From contig CABZRN010000003.1 in assembly GCA_902528175.1 (NCBI GenBank), positions 18,500 through 82,499 on the forward strand: 64,000 nucleotides of DNA, written 5' to 3'. A model generated the notes under the pieces. It saw only the letters and a list, made by a program, of their open reading frames with translations. It was not told the origin of the DNA and did not search any database. The position numbers and the translations under genes are program-made. This DNA is from an uncultured Pelagibacteraceae bacterium. GTDB lineage: Bacteria > Pseudomonadota > Alphaproteobacteria > Pelagibacterales > Pelagibacteraceae. How positions within the stretch are numbered: position 1 is the stretch's first letter; the number at the start of each line of letters is the position of its first letter. Below, piece after piece: positions 8,776-18,660 of this stretch.

Positions 8776-9850
8776 TTTTGTTAAATATTAAATTTATATA
8801 GTTTTGTGAGTGATCTGCTTTATGATAATTTCTAATATATTTTTTAAGATTATTAACTTTGTTTTTATTAATGTTTTTATTTTTAGTTTTATTAAGAATA
8901 TTAAAAAATTTTGAAAAATTATTTGTATTAAATAAATATCCCCTTTTATCTTTTCCAATTATTTCTCTAGGACCACTAATTTTATTTGATATAATAACCT
9001 TTCCTAAAACCCCTGCCTCTAATAAAACATTTGGATATCCTTCTATTTTTGATGGAAGAATAAAGAAATTTGATATTTTCATATATGGGTAAGGATTTTC
9101 CTTGTAATTGATAATTTTAATATAATTATTAAGTTTATATTCATATATTTTATTCAATAAATATCTATTTTCTATTCCAGATCCCAAAATTATTAAATTA
9201 TACTTTATCTTTTTTTTTAAAATTTTGAGTGCATCAATAAGAAAAATATGGTTTTTATTTTTATCTAATCTACCTACGGATATTAATATAGGATGATTAT
9301 TTGAAAATTTTATGTTTATTTTTTTTTTTGACTTACGCACTATATCATTCTGATTTAGTTCATTATAAATTATAGTCGAGTTTAACTTAAAATTTCTTTT
9401 AAGCACACTTTTCACTTCTTTTGAATTAACAATAATTTTATCTGCTAATTTATAAAAAAAATTGAAAAATTTTTTTTTAAATTTGTTATCAATATAATAA
9501 TTTGGATGTGAATTTAGTCTTATGTATACTTTGCATCCTATTATTTTACTGGCAATAATTGCAAAGATATTTCCATGGAAAGATAGAACTGGATTTTTTT
9601 GTCTAAAATTTTTAATAATTAATATAAAAAAAGATAAAAAAAGTTTTAATTTTAGATTTAAATTATCCAGTTCTAAAAGTCCAAAATTTTTTTTTAACTT
9701 GATTTGATTTTTGAATTTTCTTTTTGAGCAAGAAATACCAAGGATATTAATTTTTCTCTTTTTCAAATTTTTTGTTGTTGAAAAAAAATTTTTTTCCATT
9801 CCGCCGTTCGTTATAGATGGAATAAAGATTATTAAATTTTTCATTTTCAA
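8768..9850 (-). CDS. Glycosyltransferase family 4 (GT-B)
   Basis: GGMEK, SVGRLDKNKN, PSKIEGYPNVLLEA (EX7E). Confidence 0.88.
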   Translation of the reverse strand: MKMKNLIIFIPSITNGGMEKNFFSTTKNLKKRKINILGISCSKRKFKNQIKLKKNFGLLELDNLNLKLKLFLSFFILIIKNFRQKNPVLSFHGNIFAIIASKIIGCKVYIRLNSHPNYYIDNKFKKKFFNFFYKLADKIIVNSKEVKSVLKRNFKLNSTIIYNELNQNDIVRKSKKKINIKFSNNHPILISVGRLDKNKNHIFLIDALKILKKKIKYNLIILGSGIENRYLLNKIYEYKLNNYIKIINYKENPYPYMKISNFFILPSKIEGYPNVLLEAGVLGKVIISNKISGPREIIGKDKRGYLFNTNNFSKFFNILNKTKNKNINKNKVNNLKKYIRNYHKADHSQNYINLIFNKNE

Positions 9851-9886
9851 TGGACTTTTTTAATAAAGAATAATAAAGTTATTTTT

Positions 9887-10528
9887 ATGTCAATACAAAG
9901 CTTTATAGAAAATAAATTAAAGTCCAATAGAAAAATCGTAAAAAAGATTAAAAAAATTGCAAGAAATCTTGGTTTTAATTTGGAATATTGGCATCGGTAC
10001 GCATCTTATAGATTAATTAAAAAGGATATAAGTTTTTTGAATTTAGAAGATCTTGATGTTTTGGAAATATCGGCTGGTGAATATTGGAGGGAAAATTTTA
10101 AATTTAAATCTTTTACAGAAATGAATTTTCCAAAATATGATATCTGCAATGATGTTATTAACGAATCTAAATATGATTTGATTATAGCCGATAATGTTTG
10201 GGAACATTTGAAATATCCTTATAGGGCTACAAGAAATGTTTTTAAAATGTTGAAACCTAATGGTTATTTTTTAGTCATAACACCTTTCCTTATTAAAATT
10301 CATAACGTCCCTATAGATTGTAGTAGATGGACTGAAGATGGGATGAGATATTTTTTAAACGAAGCAGGATTTAATTTAGAAAATATAATTACTAATTCCT
10401 GGGGGAATAAAAAATGCGCTAAACTAGATCTTAGAGAAGATCCTACTTGGACAAGAATTGGTTTTTTTAGAAACATGAACAACAATAAAATGTTTCCTCT
10501 ACAGGTTTGGGGTTTAGCAAAAAAATAA
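9887..10528 (+). CDS. SAM-dependent methyltransferase (type 11-like)
   Basis: VLEISAG, YDLIIADNVWEHL, LKPNGY, TPFL...H.VP.DC.RWT. Confidence 0.8.
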   Translation: MSIQSFIENKLKSNRKIVKKIKKIARNLGFNLEYWHRYASYRLIKKDISFLNLEDLDVLEISAGEYWRENFKFKSFTEMNFPKYDICNDVINESKYDLIIADNVWEHLKYPYRATRNVFKMLKPNGYFLVITPFLIKIHNVPIDCSRWTEDGMRYFLNEAGFNLENIITNSWGNKKCAKLDLREDPTWTRIGFFRNMNNNKMFPLQVWGLAKK

Positions 10529-10540
10529 TATCGACATGAA

Positions 10541-10616
10541 TGGTGCCCCCGCACGGACTCGAACCGCGGACCTATTGATTACAAATCAATTGCTCTACCA
10601 GCTGAGCTACAAGGGC
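10541..10616 (-). tRNA. tRNA-Thr (anticodon TGT)
   Basis: Reverse complement GCCCTTGTAGCTCAGCTGGTAGAGCAATTGATTTGTAATCAATAGGTCCGCGGTTCGAGTCCGTGCGGGGGCACCA folds as a cloverleaf. Confidence 0.97.
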
Positions 10617-10794
10617 ATTCCTGTCAACCAAGTTTTTAATCTTAAAAGTCAATAAAATCAATACTAAAAAGATTTGGTTGTTAAAAAGAAACTCTCTAAT
10701 TGGTAATTTTGTATCTTGTTGTAAACCATTTGTGCTAAATCTATCGGTTCGGCTGTTGGTTCAGGAGCTTGATCTATAAATTCAAAAATTTTAA

Positions 10795-13329
10795 TTATTG
10801 ATTTCTTATTAGAGGATAAACTTTAGGATTTAGATATTTTAAGTTAGTTAATAATATCAAAAATAAGGTAATAAAACCAATTGAAAGTCCTAAATAAATT
10901 AAAATCTTAAAGTCAAACATCCAAACTAATTCAAAAATATTTTCCATAATAAATTTTGAACCAATTACAGCAAAGAAAACTGCAATCAAAATTACAGATT
11001 TAAAGATAATTACGAACTCAATTAAAGATGAAAAAATAATTTGTTTTTTTGAAAAACCTAAAATTTTGAAAACTAAATTTTGATATTCTTTTACTTTTCC
11101 TTGAACCATAATTGCACTTGAAATTACGATTAATCCTATAACAATGGTAATTGCCGAAATTAATGTAACAGCAATAAATACCTTATTTAAAACAGCTGTA
11201 ACTTTTGATAAATAATCTGCAATTTTAATCATTGATAAACTTGGCATGATTTCAAGCATTTCAGTTTCATCAAATTTATTTGAACTAAATTTTGTAGTAG
11301 CCAAATACTCATATGGAATATTTTTTGCAAATTGAGGGTTAAATAACATTGCAAAGTTGATACTTAAATCTCGATAATCAACTTCTCTGAAATTTACTAC
11401 TTTCCCTTCAATTTCACGTCCATAAACATTTAAAGTAAAGATATCACCTAACAAGATGTTAAAATCCTCAGCAACTTTTGCATCTAAAGATATTTGAAGC
11501 TGGTTTGGCTTTGATAAATCCCACCATTCACCTGTTAAAATTGAGTTATCTTCAGGCACATTTTCTACCCACGAAGATCTTCGTTCACTACCAATAACCC
11601 AATAACTGTCATTATCTGGTTTAATATAAGTATTAGGATCAATACCATTAATTTTTACTATACCAGACGAAACCATTGGTACAATTTCAATAGTTGCATT
11701 TGGATCCATATTTAAAATACCTTGTTCAAATTTCTCTCTTTCTCCTTTTTGGATACCGACAAAGAAATAATCAGGTGCAATTTCCGGAATAGACTTAGCA
11801 ATTTCTCTTTGAAAATTTGTACCAACTAAAGCTAAAGTTAATAACAAAGTAACCCCTAAGCCAAGAGACATAACTGTAATAGGAGTTATACTTTTTGTCT
11901 GAGTAATATTTTTAATTGAAATTTTAAAAGGTATTATTGCACTTGATTTGAATCTTTTAAGAAAAAAAATGATTAATTTTGAAAGTAAGAAAAATACAAT
12001 TAAACAAACAAAAAAAGCTGCAAAGTAACCTAAGCTATAAGAAGGTTGTTCAGATCCAATCGTGAATAAAAAAATTAAGATAGATAATAAGACTAAGCTT
12101 AGAACAACTGATCTCTTAGAATAAAAAAAACGAAGGTTTTGAAATACGTTTCTAAATAAATTAGAGGCTTTTACTTGATCTATAGAACTGATTGTTGGAA
12201 TAGTAAAAATTACAAGAACTAACAAACCTGCTAAAAATATTTTGAAAAAATTAAGTAATGAAAACACTGGATAAACGTTTAATCCCAATCCATCAGATAG
12301 ATATTTATCTACTATTGGTACAATTAAAAAACTTGATCCATAAGCAACCACAGTGATGATGAATAAAAGTATAAATAACTGAAGGTAATATAATGTTTTA
12401 ATATTGCCTGAATAAAAGCCAACTGCCTTTCTTACAGCAATAGACATATTGTTTTGATTTATAAAAGAAAGTAGAGTATTTGCGACTCCAATGCCTGCAA
12501 TTAACATTGCACTGATTGATACAAGAGATAAAAATTGAGAAAAATTATTAATAATTCTCTTTATTCCACTAGCAGAATTTTCAGGATATCTAAGCTTTAC
12601 TTTTTGATCATCTTTAAAAATTTCTTCAATTTGTTGTTCGATTTCTTCTGGTTTATCTTTTTCATTAAATTTTACTTTGTATTCATAGTTTAAAAAACTT
12701 CCAATTCCATTTAGTTTTAAAATTTCTAAAGTTTGTTTTCCCGCTAAAGCCCAATCTCCAAATGCAACAAATCCACTTACATCTGGTACTGATTTAATAA
12801 TTCCAATTACTGTAAAGTTTTGATCTTGAACTTTTACCTTTTCATTAATTTTTATATTAAGGGTTTTTGATAAACTTTCATTGATAAGGATAGAATAAGT
12901 TTCTTTTTGCATTCTTTCATAAGCACCAATTGGCTCATACACAACATTTCCATATAAAGGATAGTTTTCATCCACAGTTTTAATTCTAGTAAATAATGAC
13001 TTATTTTTATCCCTTCCTGTTGTTGAAAGCATAGTACTAAACTCAATCATTTGAGAAACAGTTGCAAACTCTTTTACTTGATTAACTAAATCTAAATTTC
13101 CTGCATTACGATTGTAATCAATCTCTAAATCTCCACCTAAAAGTGCTTTGGCATTTTCATTTAGTTCTTTTTTAAGACTATCTTCAATTGTGAAAATAGC
13201 ACTTAAGATAAAAAGACTTATAAAAAGTGTAACGATGATACTAGATATTTTGTGATAATTTCTGCTTAAGTCTTTTAAAGCATATTTTAAAATCAAACTA
13301 AATTCTGAAGAATTATTTAATTTTTCCAT
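10795..13329 (-). CDS. ybbP: FtsX/MacB-like ABC transporter permease (YbbP-like)
   Basis: 844 aa with two permease halves, LLGGDL, YPLYG, APDYFFVGIQ; lies next to an ATPase and tesA. Confidence 0.8.
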   Translation of the reverse strand: MEKLNNSSEFSLILKYALKDLSRNYHKISSIIVTLFISLFILSAIFTIEDSLKKELNENAKALLGGDLEIDYNRNAGNLDLVNQVKEFATVSQMIEFSTMLSTTGRDKNKSLFTRIKTVDENYPLYGNVVYEPIGAYERMQKETYSILINESLSKTLNIKINEKVKVQDQNFTVIGIIKSVPDVSGFVAFGDWALAGKQTLEILKLNGIGSFLNYEYKVKFNEKDKPEEIEQQIEEIFKDDQKVKLRYPENSASGIKRIINNFSQFLSLVSISAMLIAGIGVANTLLSFINQNNMSIAVRKAVGFYSGNIKTLYYLQLFILLFIITVVAYGSSFLIVPIVDKYLSDGLGLNVYPVFSLLNFFKIFLAGLLVLVIFTIPTISSIDQVKASNLFRNVFQNLRFFYSKRSVVLSLVLLSILIFLFTIGSEQPSYSLGYFAAFFVCLIVFFLLSKLIIFFLKRFKSSAIIPFKISIKNITQTKSITPITVMSLGLGVTLLLTLALVGTNFQREIAKSIPEIAPDYFFVGIQKGEREKFEQGILNMDPNATIEIVPMVSSGIVKINGIDPNTYIKPDNDSYWVIGSERRSSWVENVPEDNSILTGEWWDLSKPNQLQISLDAKVAEDFNILLGDIFTLNVYGREIEGKVVNFREVDYRDLSINFAMLFNPQFAKNIPYEYLATTKFSSNKFDETEMLEIMPSLSMIKIADYLSKVTAVLNKVFIAVTLISAITIVIGLIVISSAIMVQGKVKEYQNLVFKILGFSKKQIIFSSLIEFVIIFKSVILIAVFFAVIGSKFIMENIFELVWMFDFKILIYLGLSIGFITLFLILLTNLKYLNPKVYPLIRNQ

Positions 13330-13978
13330 CTTTAATTTTTATTTTTCTTTTAGCTTTGTTAGCAAGTTTAGTGTCATGGGTTACCATAATTAAAGAAGAG
13401 CCTTCTTCTTTTACATATTTAAATAGAATATTTGCAATCATAATAGAATTTTCAGTATCTAAGTTTCCAGTTGGCTCATCAGCTAAAATTAATTCTGGTT
13501 TCATTGCAATTGCTCTAGCAATAGCAACTCTTTGTTGCTCACCACCTGATAATTGGCTAGGTAGATTATTTAAACGATGTTTTAAACCAAAACGATCCAA
13601 TAAAATTTTTGCCTCTTTTTCTGGATTTTTAAAATTATTGAGCTCAAGCGTAAGTGCAACATTTTCAACTGCAGTGTAATTAGGAATTAAATAAAAAGAT
13701 TGAAAAACTATTCCAATATTTTTCTTTCTTATCTCAGATACCTCATCTTCACTAATCCCTGTAATTTCTTGATTTTGGAAAATTATTTTACCAGAGCTAG
13801 GTTTCTCCAACCCCCCAATTAGCATGATTAAACTTGTTTTCCCTGAGCCACTTTCCCCAACAACAGAAAGGGTTTCTTTTTTCTTAATATTTAAATCAAT
13901 ATCCCTTAAAACACTGATACTATCTTTACTAGTTTGGTATTTGAGATTTATTTTTTTTAATTTAAGAAGAGCACTCAT
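13313..13978 (-). CDS. ybbA: ABC transporter ATP-binding protein (YbbA-like)
   Basis: GESGSGKT Walker A, LSGGEQQR, LADEPTGNLD, VTHD. Start reassigned to the ATG at 13978 (MSALLKL). Confidence 0.88.
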   Translation of the reverse strand: MSALLKLKKINLKYQTSKDSISVLRDIDLNIKKKETLSVVGESGSGKTSLIMLIGGLEKPSSGKIIFQNQEITGISEDEVSEIRKKNIGIVFQSFYLIPNYTAVENVALTLELNNFKNPEKEAKILLDRFGLKHRLNNLPSQLSGGEQQRVAIARAIAMKPELILADEPTGNLDTENSIMIANILFKYVKEEGSSLIMVTHDTKLANKAKRKIKIKDGKIK

Positions 13979-14588
13979 GAATAAAACTATATTTATAAAA
14001 ATTTTGTTAATCTTTCTAGTGCACATAAACGCAAGTGCAATCGAAAAGGTGGTTTTATTCGGTGATAGTTTGATGGCTGGATATGGATTACCAAAAGAAC
14101 ACCATTTATCAATAGTTTTAGAAAATAATCTTAAGGAAGCTGGTTTTAACATTAAGGTTATTAATGGAAGCGTTTCTGGAAGCACGTCATCAGGTGGATT
14201 GAATAGAGCTAATTGGAGTTTATCAGAACCAGGAATAGATTTAATCATTTTAGGACTAGGAGCTAATGATATGCTCAGAGGAATACAGCCAGATGAAACA
14301 AAAAAAAATTTAGAAGAAATAATAAATATTGTTAACAGTAAAAATATTAAAATTATTTTAGCTGGTATGATTGCACCAAATACTTATGAAAAAAAATATA
14401 AAAATGATTTTGATGATATTTATCCAAAATTATCAAAAAAATATAATTTACCCTTAATACCATTTCTTCTTGAAGGAGTAGCACTTAATCCAAGCTTAAA
14501 TCAAAAAGACGGAATTCATCCAAATAAAGAAGGGACCATTAAAATAAGCGAAACTATTAAAAAAAGTATTATTAATATTTTAAATTAG
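13977..14588 (+). CDS. tesA: SGNH/GDSL arylesterase (TesA-like) with signal peptide
   Basis: FGDSL, NGSVSG, LGANDMLRG, DGIHPN. Start reassigned to the ATG at 13977. Confidence 0.88.
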   Translation: MNKTIFIKILLIFLVHINASAIEKVVLFGDSLMAGYGLPKEHHLSIVLENNLKEAGFNIKVINGSVSGSTSSGGLNRANWSLSEPGIDLIILGLGANDMLRGIQPDETKKNLEEIINIVNSKNIKIILAGMIAPNTYEKKYKNDFDDIYPKLSKKYNLPLIPFLLEGVALNPSLNQKDGIHPNKEGTIKISETIKKSIINILN

Positions 14589-14725
14589 AAGAATAAATTT
14601 TATGCTGTCTGTTGGTTGTCAGTTCTTATCGTTATGAGCATATTAAAATTAATTAATTTTTTTTTACTTAAATGATTTTTGTATCTACTAGCTAAATTAC
14701 GGTTTAGATTTTATAATTTATTAGT

Positions 14726-14767
14726 CTATTAATTACATATCAATTGCTCTACCAGCTGAGCTACAAG
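14726..14767 (-). pseudogene. Decayed orphan 5' half of tRNA-Thr(TGT)
   Basis: 42 nt match tRNA-Thr positions 4-45 (10572-10613) with 2 mismatches. Confidence 0.88.
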
Positions 14768-14851
14768 ACCAAATATAAAAAATTGTCTTATACTAAAAAA
14801 TAATATATTTTTGTTTTTAATTTTTACTCTATTTTATAATTTAAATTAATT

Positions 14852-16264
14852 ATGAATGAAATTTTAAAAAAAAAAACAATAGTCATTTATATTATAATAG
14901 TTTTTTGCGGCATTCTTACTATAAGATATCAACTACACTTTGAAAATTTTTGGCTTGATGAAATGACTAGTTTTTGGGTTGCAGACCCAACAATTTCATT
15001 GGAGGAAACATTTTTTCGTCAGAAAAAATCAGATTTTCATAATCCTATTTTGTTTAACCTAATTTTAAAAAAATTTTTATACTTTACTAAATATGAACCT
15101 AACACTGCGAGATTACTCCCATTTTTTTTTGGTATTATTTGTTTATTTTTCTTTGGAATTCTCTCATATCAGATAAAAAAGGATAACTCATTTTTACTTA
15201 CAACTTTTTTGGCAAGTGTAAGTATATACATTATTAAGTACTCGCAAGAAGTTAGACCTTATTCGCTTCTTTTAATGTTAAGTATAATTAATATTTTTTT
15301 ATATTGTCAAATTTTAAAAAAAATAAACTTAAATAAATTATATTCTTATTCACAAATACTTATATTTATAATAGTATCTTTACTGAATTACAGTACAAAT
15401 CCATTTTCATTAATAATTCTTTTTTCACAAATTACTCATTTAATTTTTATATTTTTTTATTTAAAAAAAAAAAATAATTTTATTAATTTTTCTTTATCGA
15501 TTATTGTGTCTTTGTACTTATTACTGAATTTTAATTACATAAATCATCAAATTTCCTTTTCTAGTTTTATGTTATCTTCAGATATATCAAATGTTATGGA
15601 TGGTTTATATTTTCCAAGATTTTTTGGTTCCAAAATAATGGGATATATATATTTAATTAGTTTACTTTTTTTACTTTTTTATATGAGAAAAATTATATTG
15701 ATTAATAACAACTACTTATTTTTAGTTATAATATTATTTTTTTCATATTTAATTCCATTTATATACGGTATAGTTAGAACGCCCGTATTTCTTGATAGGT
15801 ATATTATATTTGTACTGGTGCCTATAATATTATTAATTTCATGTTTATCAAATGAAGTTAAGTCAAAAAAAATTAAATATTTTATTATTTATTTTTTAAT
15901 TATATCTACACTTTTTAATCACTATTTAGAAATATTTAAAAGAGAAAATAAAAAACCAGAATTTGTGAAAATGTTAGAGTATATAAAATATAATAGTTCA
16001 GAGAGAGATATTATTGTTTACGATCTGTATCCAAATTCTAGTCAAGTTTTTAATTATTTAAATAATATTGGTTCAAATTTAACAAAAAATTTAAACTTAA
16101 TTAAATTTGATAAAAATATACCAAAAAATTTAAATAATTTTTGGTTATTGTGTTATAAACCTGATAAGAGTATTTATTGTGATATACAAGACTCTATAAA
16201 CTGGAATTTACAAGAAGTGAAAACAAAATATCTAGTAGAAGCTAAATTATTCAATTTGAAATAA
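14852..16264 (+). CDS. GT-C fold membrane glycosyltransferase (GT39/PMT-like)
   Basis: FWLDE, HNPILF, YSQEVRPYSL, DRY; many transmembrane segments. Confidence 0.8.
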   Translation: MNEILKKKTIVIYIIIVFCGILTIRYQLHFENFWLDEMTSFWVADPTISLEETFFRQKKSDFHNPILFNLILKKFLYFTKYEPNTARLLPFFFGIICLFFFGILSYQIKKDNSFLLTTFLASVSIYIIKYSQEVRPYSLLLMLSIINIFLYCQILKKINLNKLYSYSQILIFIIVSLLNYSTNPFSLIILFSQITHLIFIFFYLKKKNNFINFSLSIIVSLYLLLNFNYINHQISFSSFMLSSDISNVMDGLYFPRFFGSKIMGYIYLISLLFLLFYMRKIILINNNYLFLVIILFFSYLIPFIYGIVRTPVFLDRYIIFVLVPIILLISCLSNEVKSKKIKYFIIYFLIISTLFNHYLEIFKRENKKPEFVKMLEYIKYNSSERDIIVYDLYPNSSQVFNYLNNIGSNLTKNLNLIKFDKNIPKNLNNFWLLCYKPDKSIYCDIQDSINWNLQEVKTKYLVEAKLFNLK

Positions 16265-16997
16265 CTTTATTTTTATCTATATAATGAAATGCTATTGCAG
16301 CACTATTTGAGACATTAAGACTCTCTATTTGACCGTTAATTTTTATATTAACATCAAAATCAACATACTTATTTGTTTTTGTTTTTAACCCTGAACCTTC
16401 AGAGCCAAATAATAAAATGTTATTTCCTTTCCAACTTATATTGGTGAAATCTGCTTTTGCATTAGAGTTAAATCCATACACCCAAAAGTTTTTTTCTCTT
16501 AAAAATTTTAATGTGGTATTAATATTCGATACTTTAAAAATATTTAAATATTCAATACTGCCACTACTAGATTTATACATAGATTTACTGAATTCTGGAA
16601 AATTTCTTTCTTTGACAATTAAACCATCAATATTGAATGATACAGCGCTTCTAATTACTGAACCTATATTTCTTGGGTCAGTTACACCTTGCAAACATAC
16701 TAAATTAATATTTTTTCTTTCTTTTACAAAATCTTTTAAATTGGGATACTCTAACTTCTCAACTTCTGCTACAAAACCTTGGTGCATAATTTGCTCATTT
16801 TTACAATAATTATCTAACTCTTTTTTTGTTTTAAAATAAACTTTAACATTTTTAAGTAGATTTAAATTTTGGTTATCGCGATTAATTGTTTTTTTACTTT
16901 CCTCTGTCAAAAAAATCCTAATTACTTTTCTTTTTGGATTTTTTAAAGCTTCCGTCACAGGATGTTTTCCAACTATAAAATAATTTAAATTAGCCAT
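16251..16997 (-). CDS. rlmB: 23S rRNA 2'-O-methyltransferase, TrmH/SpoU family (RlmB)
   Basis: GKHPV, HQG, VTDPRNIGSVIRSA, GSEGSGL, ESLNVS. Confidence 0.9.
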   Translation of the reverse strand: MANLNYFIVGKHPVTEALKNPKRKVIRIFLTEESKKTINRDNQNLNLLKNVKVYFKTKKELDNYCKNEQIMHQGFVAEVEKLEYPNLKDFVKERKNINLVCLQGVTDPRNIGSVIRSAVSFNIDGLIVKERNFPEFSKSMYKSSSGSIEYLNIFKVSNINTTLKFLREKNFWVYGFNSNAKADFTNISWKGNNILLFGSEGSGLKTKTNKYVDFDVNIKINGQIESLNVSNSAAIAFHYIDKNKVISN

Positions 16998-17049
16998 TAT
17001 TTATGGTGATTTTACTTAAATTTTTAATATTTTCTTGTTATTTCTATTA

Positions 17050-17077
17050 TTGCATTTGTTCAATAAAAATATATAAA
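17050..17077 (+). promoter_or_regulatory. Putative sigma70 promoter of the tRNA-Tyr/Gly-tuf operon
   Basis: TTGCAT-N16-TATAAA followed by ACCCC. Confidence 0.55.
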
Positions 17078-17133
17078 ACCCCTGTTGTTTAAAGCTTTTA
17101 TTGAACAAGGGGTGGTCGCTACCCTTTTTATTA

Positions 17134-17219
<86 letters not shown>

Positions 17220-17261
17220 TTCAATAAAATTTTAAATAACTTGGAGTAGTAACTTGGTTAT

Positions 17262-17335
17262 GCGGGTGTAGTTCAATGGTAGAACGCTAGCCTTCCAAGC
17301 TGGATGTAAGGGTTCGATTCCCTTTACCCGCTCCA
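17262..17335 (+). tRNA. tRNA-Gly (anticodon TCC)
   Basis: GCGGGTG/TACCCGC, CTAGC-CTTCCAA-GCTGG, TCCA end. Confidence 0.97.
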
Positions 17336-17369
17336 AAATATTAAAAAATTAATGTGAGGTAAAATAGTA

Positions 17370-18560
17370 ATGTCGAAGGAAAAATTTAATAGGTCCAAGC
17401 CACATTGTAACATAGGTACAATAGGGCATGTGGACCACGGTAAAACAACATTAACCGCTGCAATAACTAAAGTATTGTCAGAAACTGGTGGGGCTCAGTT
17501 TACAGCATATGATCAAATTGATAAAGCGCCAGAGGAAAAAGAAAGAGGAATTACAATTTCAACTGCGCATGTTGAATATGAAACAGAAAAAAGACATTAC
17601 GCTCACGTAGATTGTCCAGGTCATGCTGACTACGTTAAAAATATGATCACTGGTGCTGCACAAATGGATGGTGCTATATTAGTTGTTAATGCTGCTGATG
17701 GTCCAATGCCTCAAACAAGAGAACATATTCTTTTAGCAAGACAAGTTGGGGTTCCTGCAATAGTTGTATTCTTAAATAAAGTTGATCAAGTTAAAGATAA
17801 AGAGCTGATTGAACTTGTAGAAGAGGAAATAAAAGAACTGCTAACATCTTACAAATTTCCAGGTGACAAAACACCAATTATTAAAGGTTCAGCTTTATCA
17901 GCAGTTGAAGGTAAAGATGAAGAAATAGGAAAAAAAGCTATAATGGATTTGATGAAAGCTGTTGATGAACATATTCCACAACCTGACAGACCCAAGGACA
18001 AACCTTTCTTGATGCCGGTTGAAGATGTATTTTCAATTTCAGGAAGAGGTACAGTTGTAACTGGTAGAGTTGAACAAGGTGTTGTTAAAACAGGTGAAGA
18101 AATAGAAATTGTTGGAATTAGGGATACAAAAAAAACAGTTTGTACTGGTGTTGAAATGTTTAGAAAAATTTTGGACACTGGTGAGGCCGGTGATAATATT
18201 GGTGCTCTTTTAAGAGGTGTTGAAAGAACAGATGTGGAAAGAGGACAAGTTTTAGCAAAACCTGGATCTGTTACTCCGCACACAGAATTTGAGGCTCAAG
18301 CATACGTTTTAAAAAAAGAAGAGGGTGGAAGACATACTCCTTTCTTCACCAAATATAGACCTCAATTTTATTTTAGAACAACAGACGTTACTGGTGAAGT
18401 AGAATTACCTTCAGGCACAGAAATGGTAATGCCAGGTGATGATGCAAAATTTACTGTAAAATTAATTACACCAATTGCAATGAGTGAAAAATTAAATTTT
18501 GCGATTAGAGAAGGTGGAAAAACAGTAGGTGCAGGAGTAGTAACAAAAATAATTAAGTAA
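17370..18560 (+). CDS. tuf: Elongation factor Tu
   Basis: [20 protein letters not shown]. Confidence 0.99.
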   Translation: MSKEKFNRSKPHCNIGTIGHVDHGKTTLTAAITKVLSETGGAQFTAYDQIDKAPEEKERGITISTAHVEYETEKRHYAHVDCPGHADYVKNMITGAAQMDGAILVVNAADGPMPQTREHILLARQVGVPAIVVFLNKVDQVKDKELIELVEEEIKELLTSYKFPGDKTPIIKGSALSAVEGKDEEIGKKAIMDLMKAVDEHIPQPDRPKDKPFLMPVEDVFSISGRGTVVTGRVEQGVVKTGEEIEIVGIRDTKKTVCTGVEMFRKILDTGEAGDNIGALLRGVERTDVERGQVLAKPGSVTPHTEFEAQAYVLKKEEGGRHTPFFTKYRPQFYFRTTDVTGEVELPSGTEMVMPGDDAKFTVKLITPIAMSEKLNFAIREGGKTVGAGVVTKIIK

Positions 18561-18570
18561 GCTACCCCAT

Positions 18571-18646
18571 AGGAGTGTGGCTCAATTGGTAGAGCGCCGG
18601 TCTCCAAAACCGGAGGTTGGGGGTTCAAGTCCCTCCGCTCCTGCCA
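18571..18646 (+). tRNA. tRNA-Trp (anticodon CCA)
   Basis: AGGAGTG/CGCTCCT, CCGGT-CTCCAAA-ACCGG, CCA; canonical position before secE. Confidence 0.97.
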
Positions 18647-18660
18647 AAAAAAAGGAGAAT

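Larger units (their letters stand above)
10617..14767. mobile_element. Probable older integrase-less islet upstream of tRNA-Thr, carrying ybbP-ybbA-tesA
   Basis: Bounded distally by a decayed 5' tRNA-Thr copy (14726-14767); CTGTTGGTT occurs near both ends. Confidence 0.5.

Noticed and set aside
13824-14248. Long overlapping N-terminal extensions of tesA and ybbA
   Set aside because: They are antisense read-through of the partner gene; the domain and signal-peptide starts map to the CATG at 13976-13979.
9319-15473. 11-nt A/T homopolymers in the GT4 and GT-C genes as phase-variation tracts
   Set aside because: Equally long runs occur in core genes (e.g. A12 in rplQ near 45698), so they fit background Lys-codon bias.
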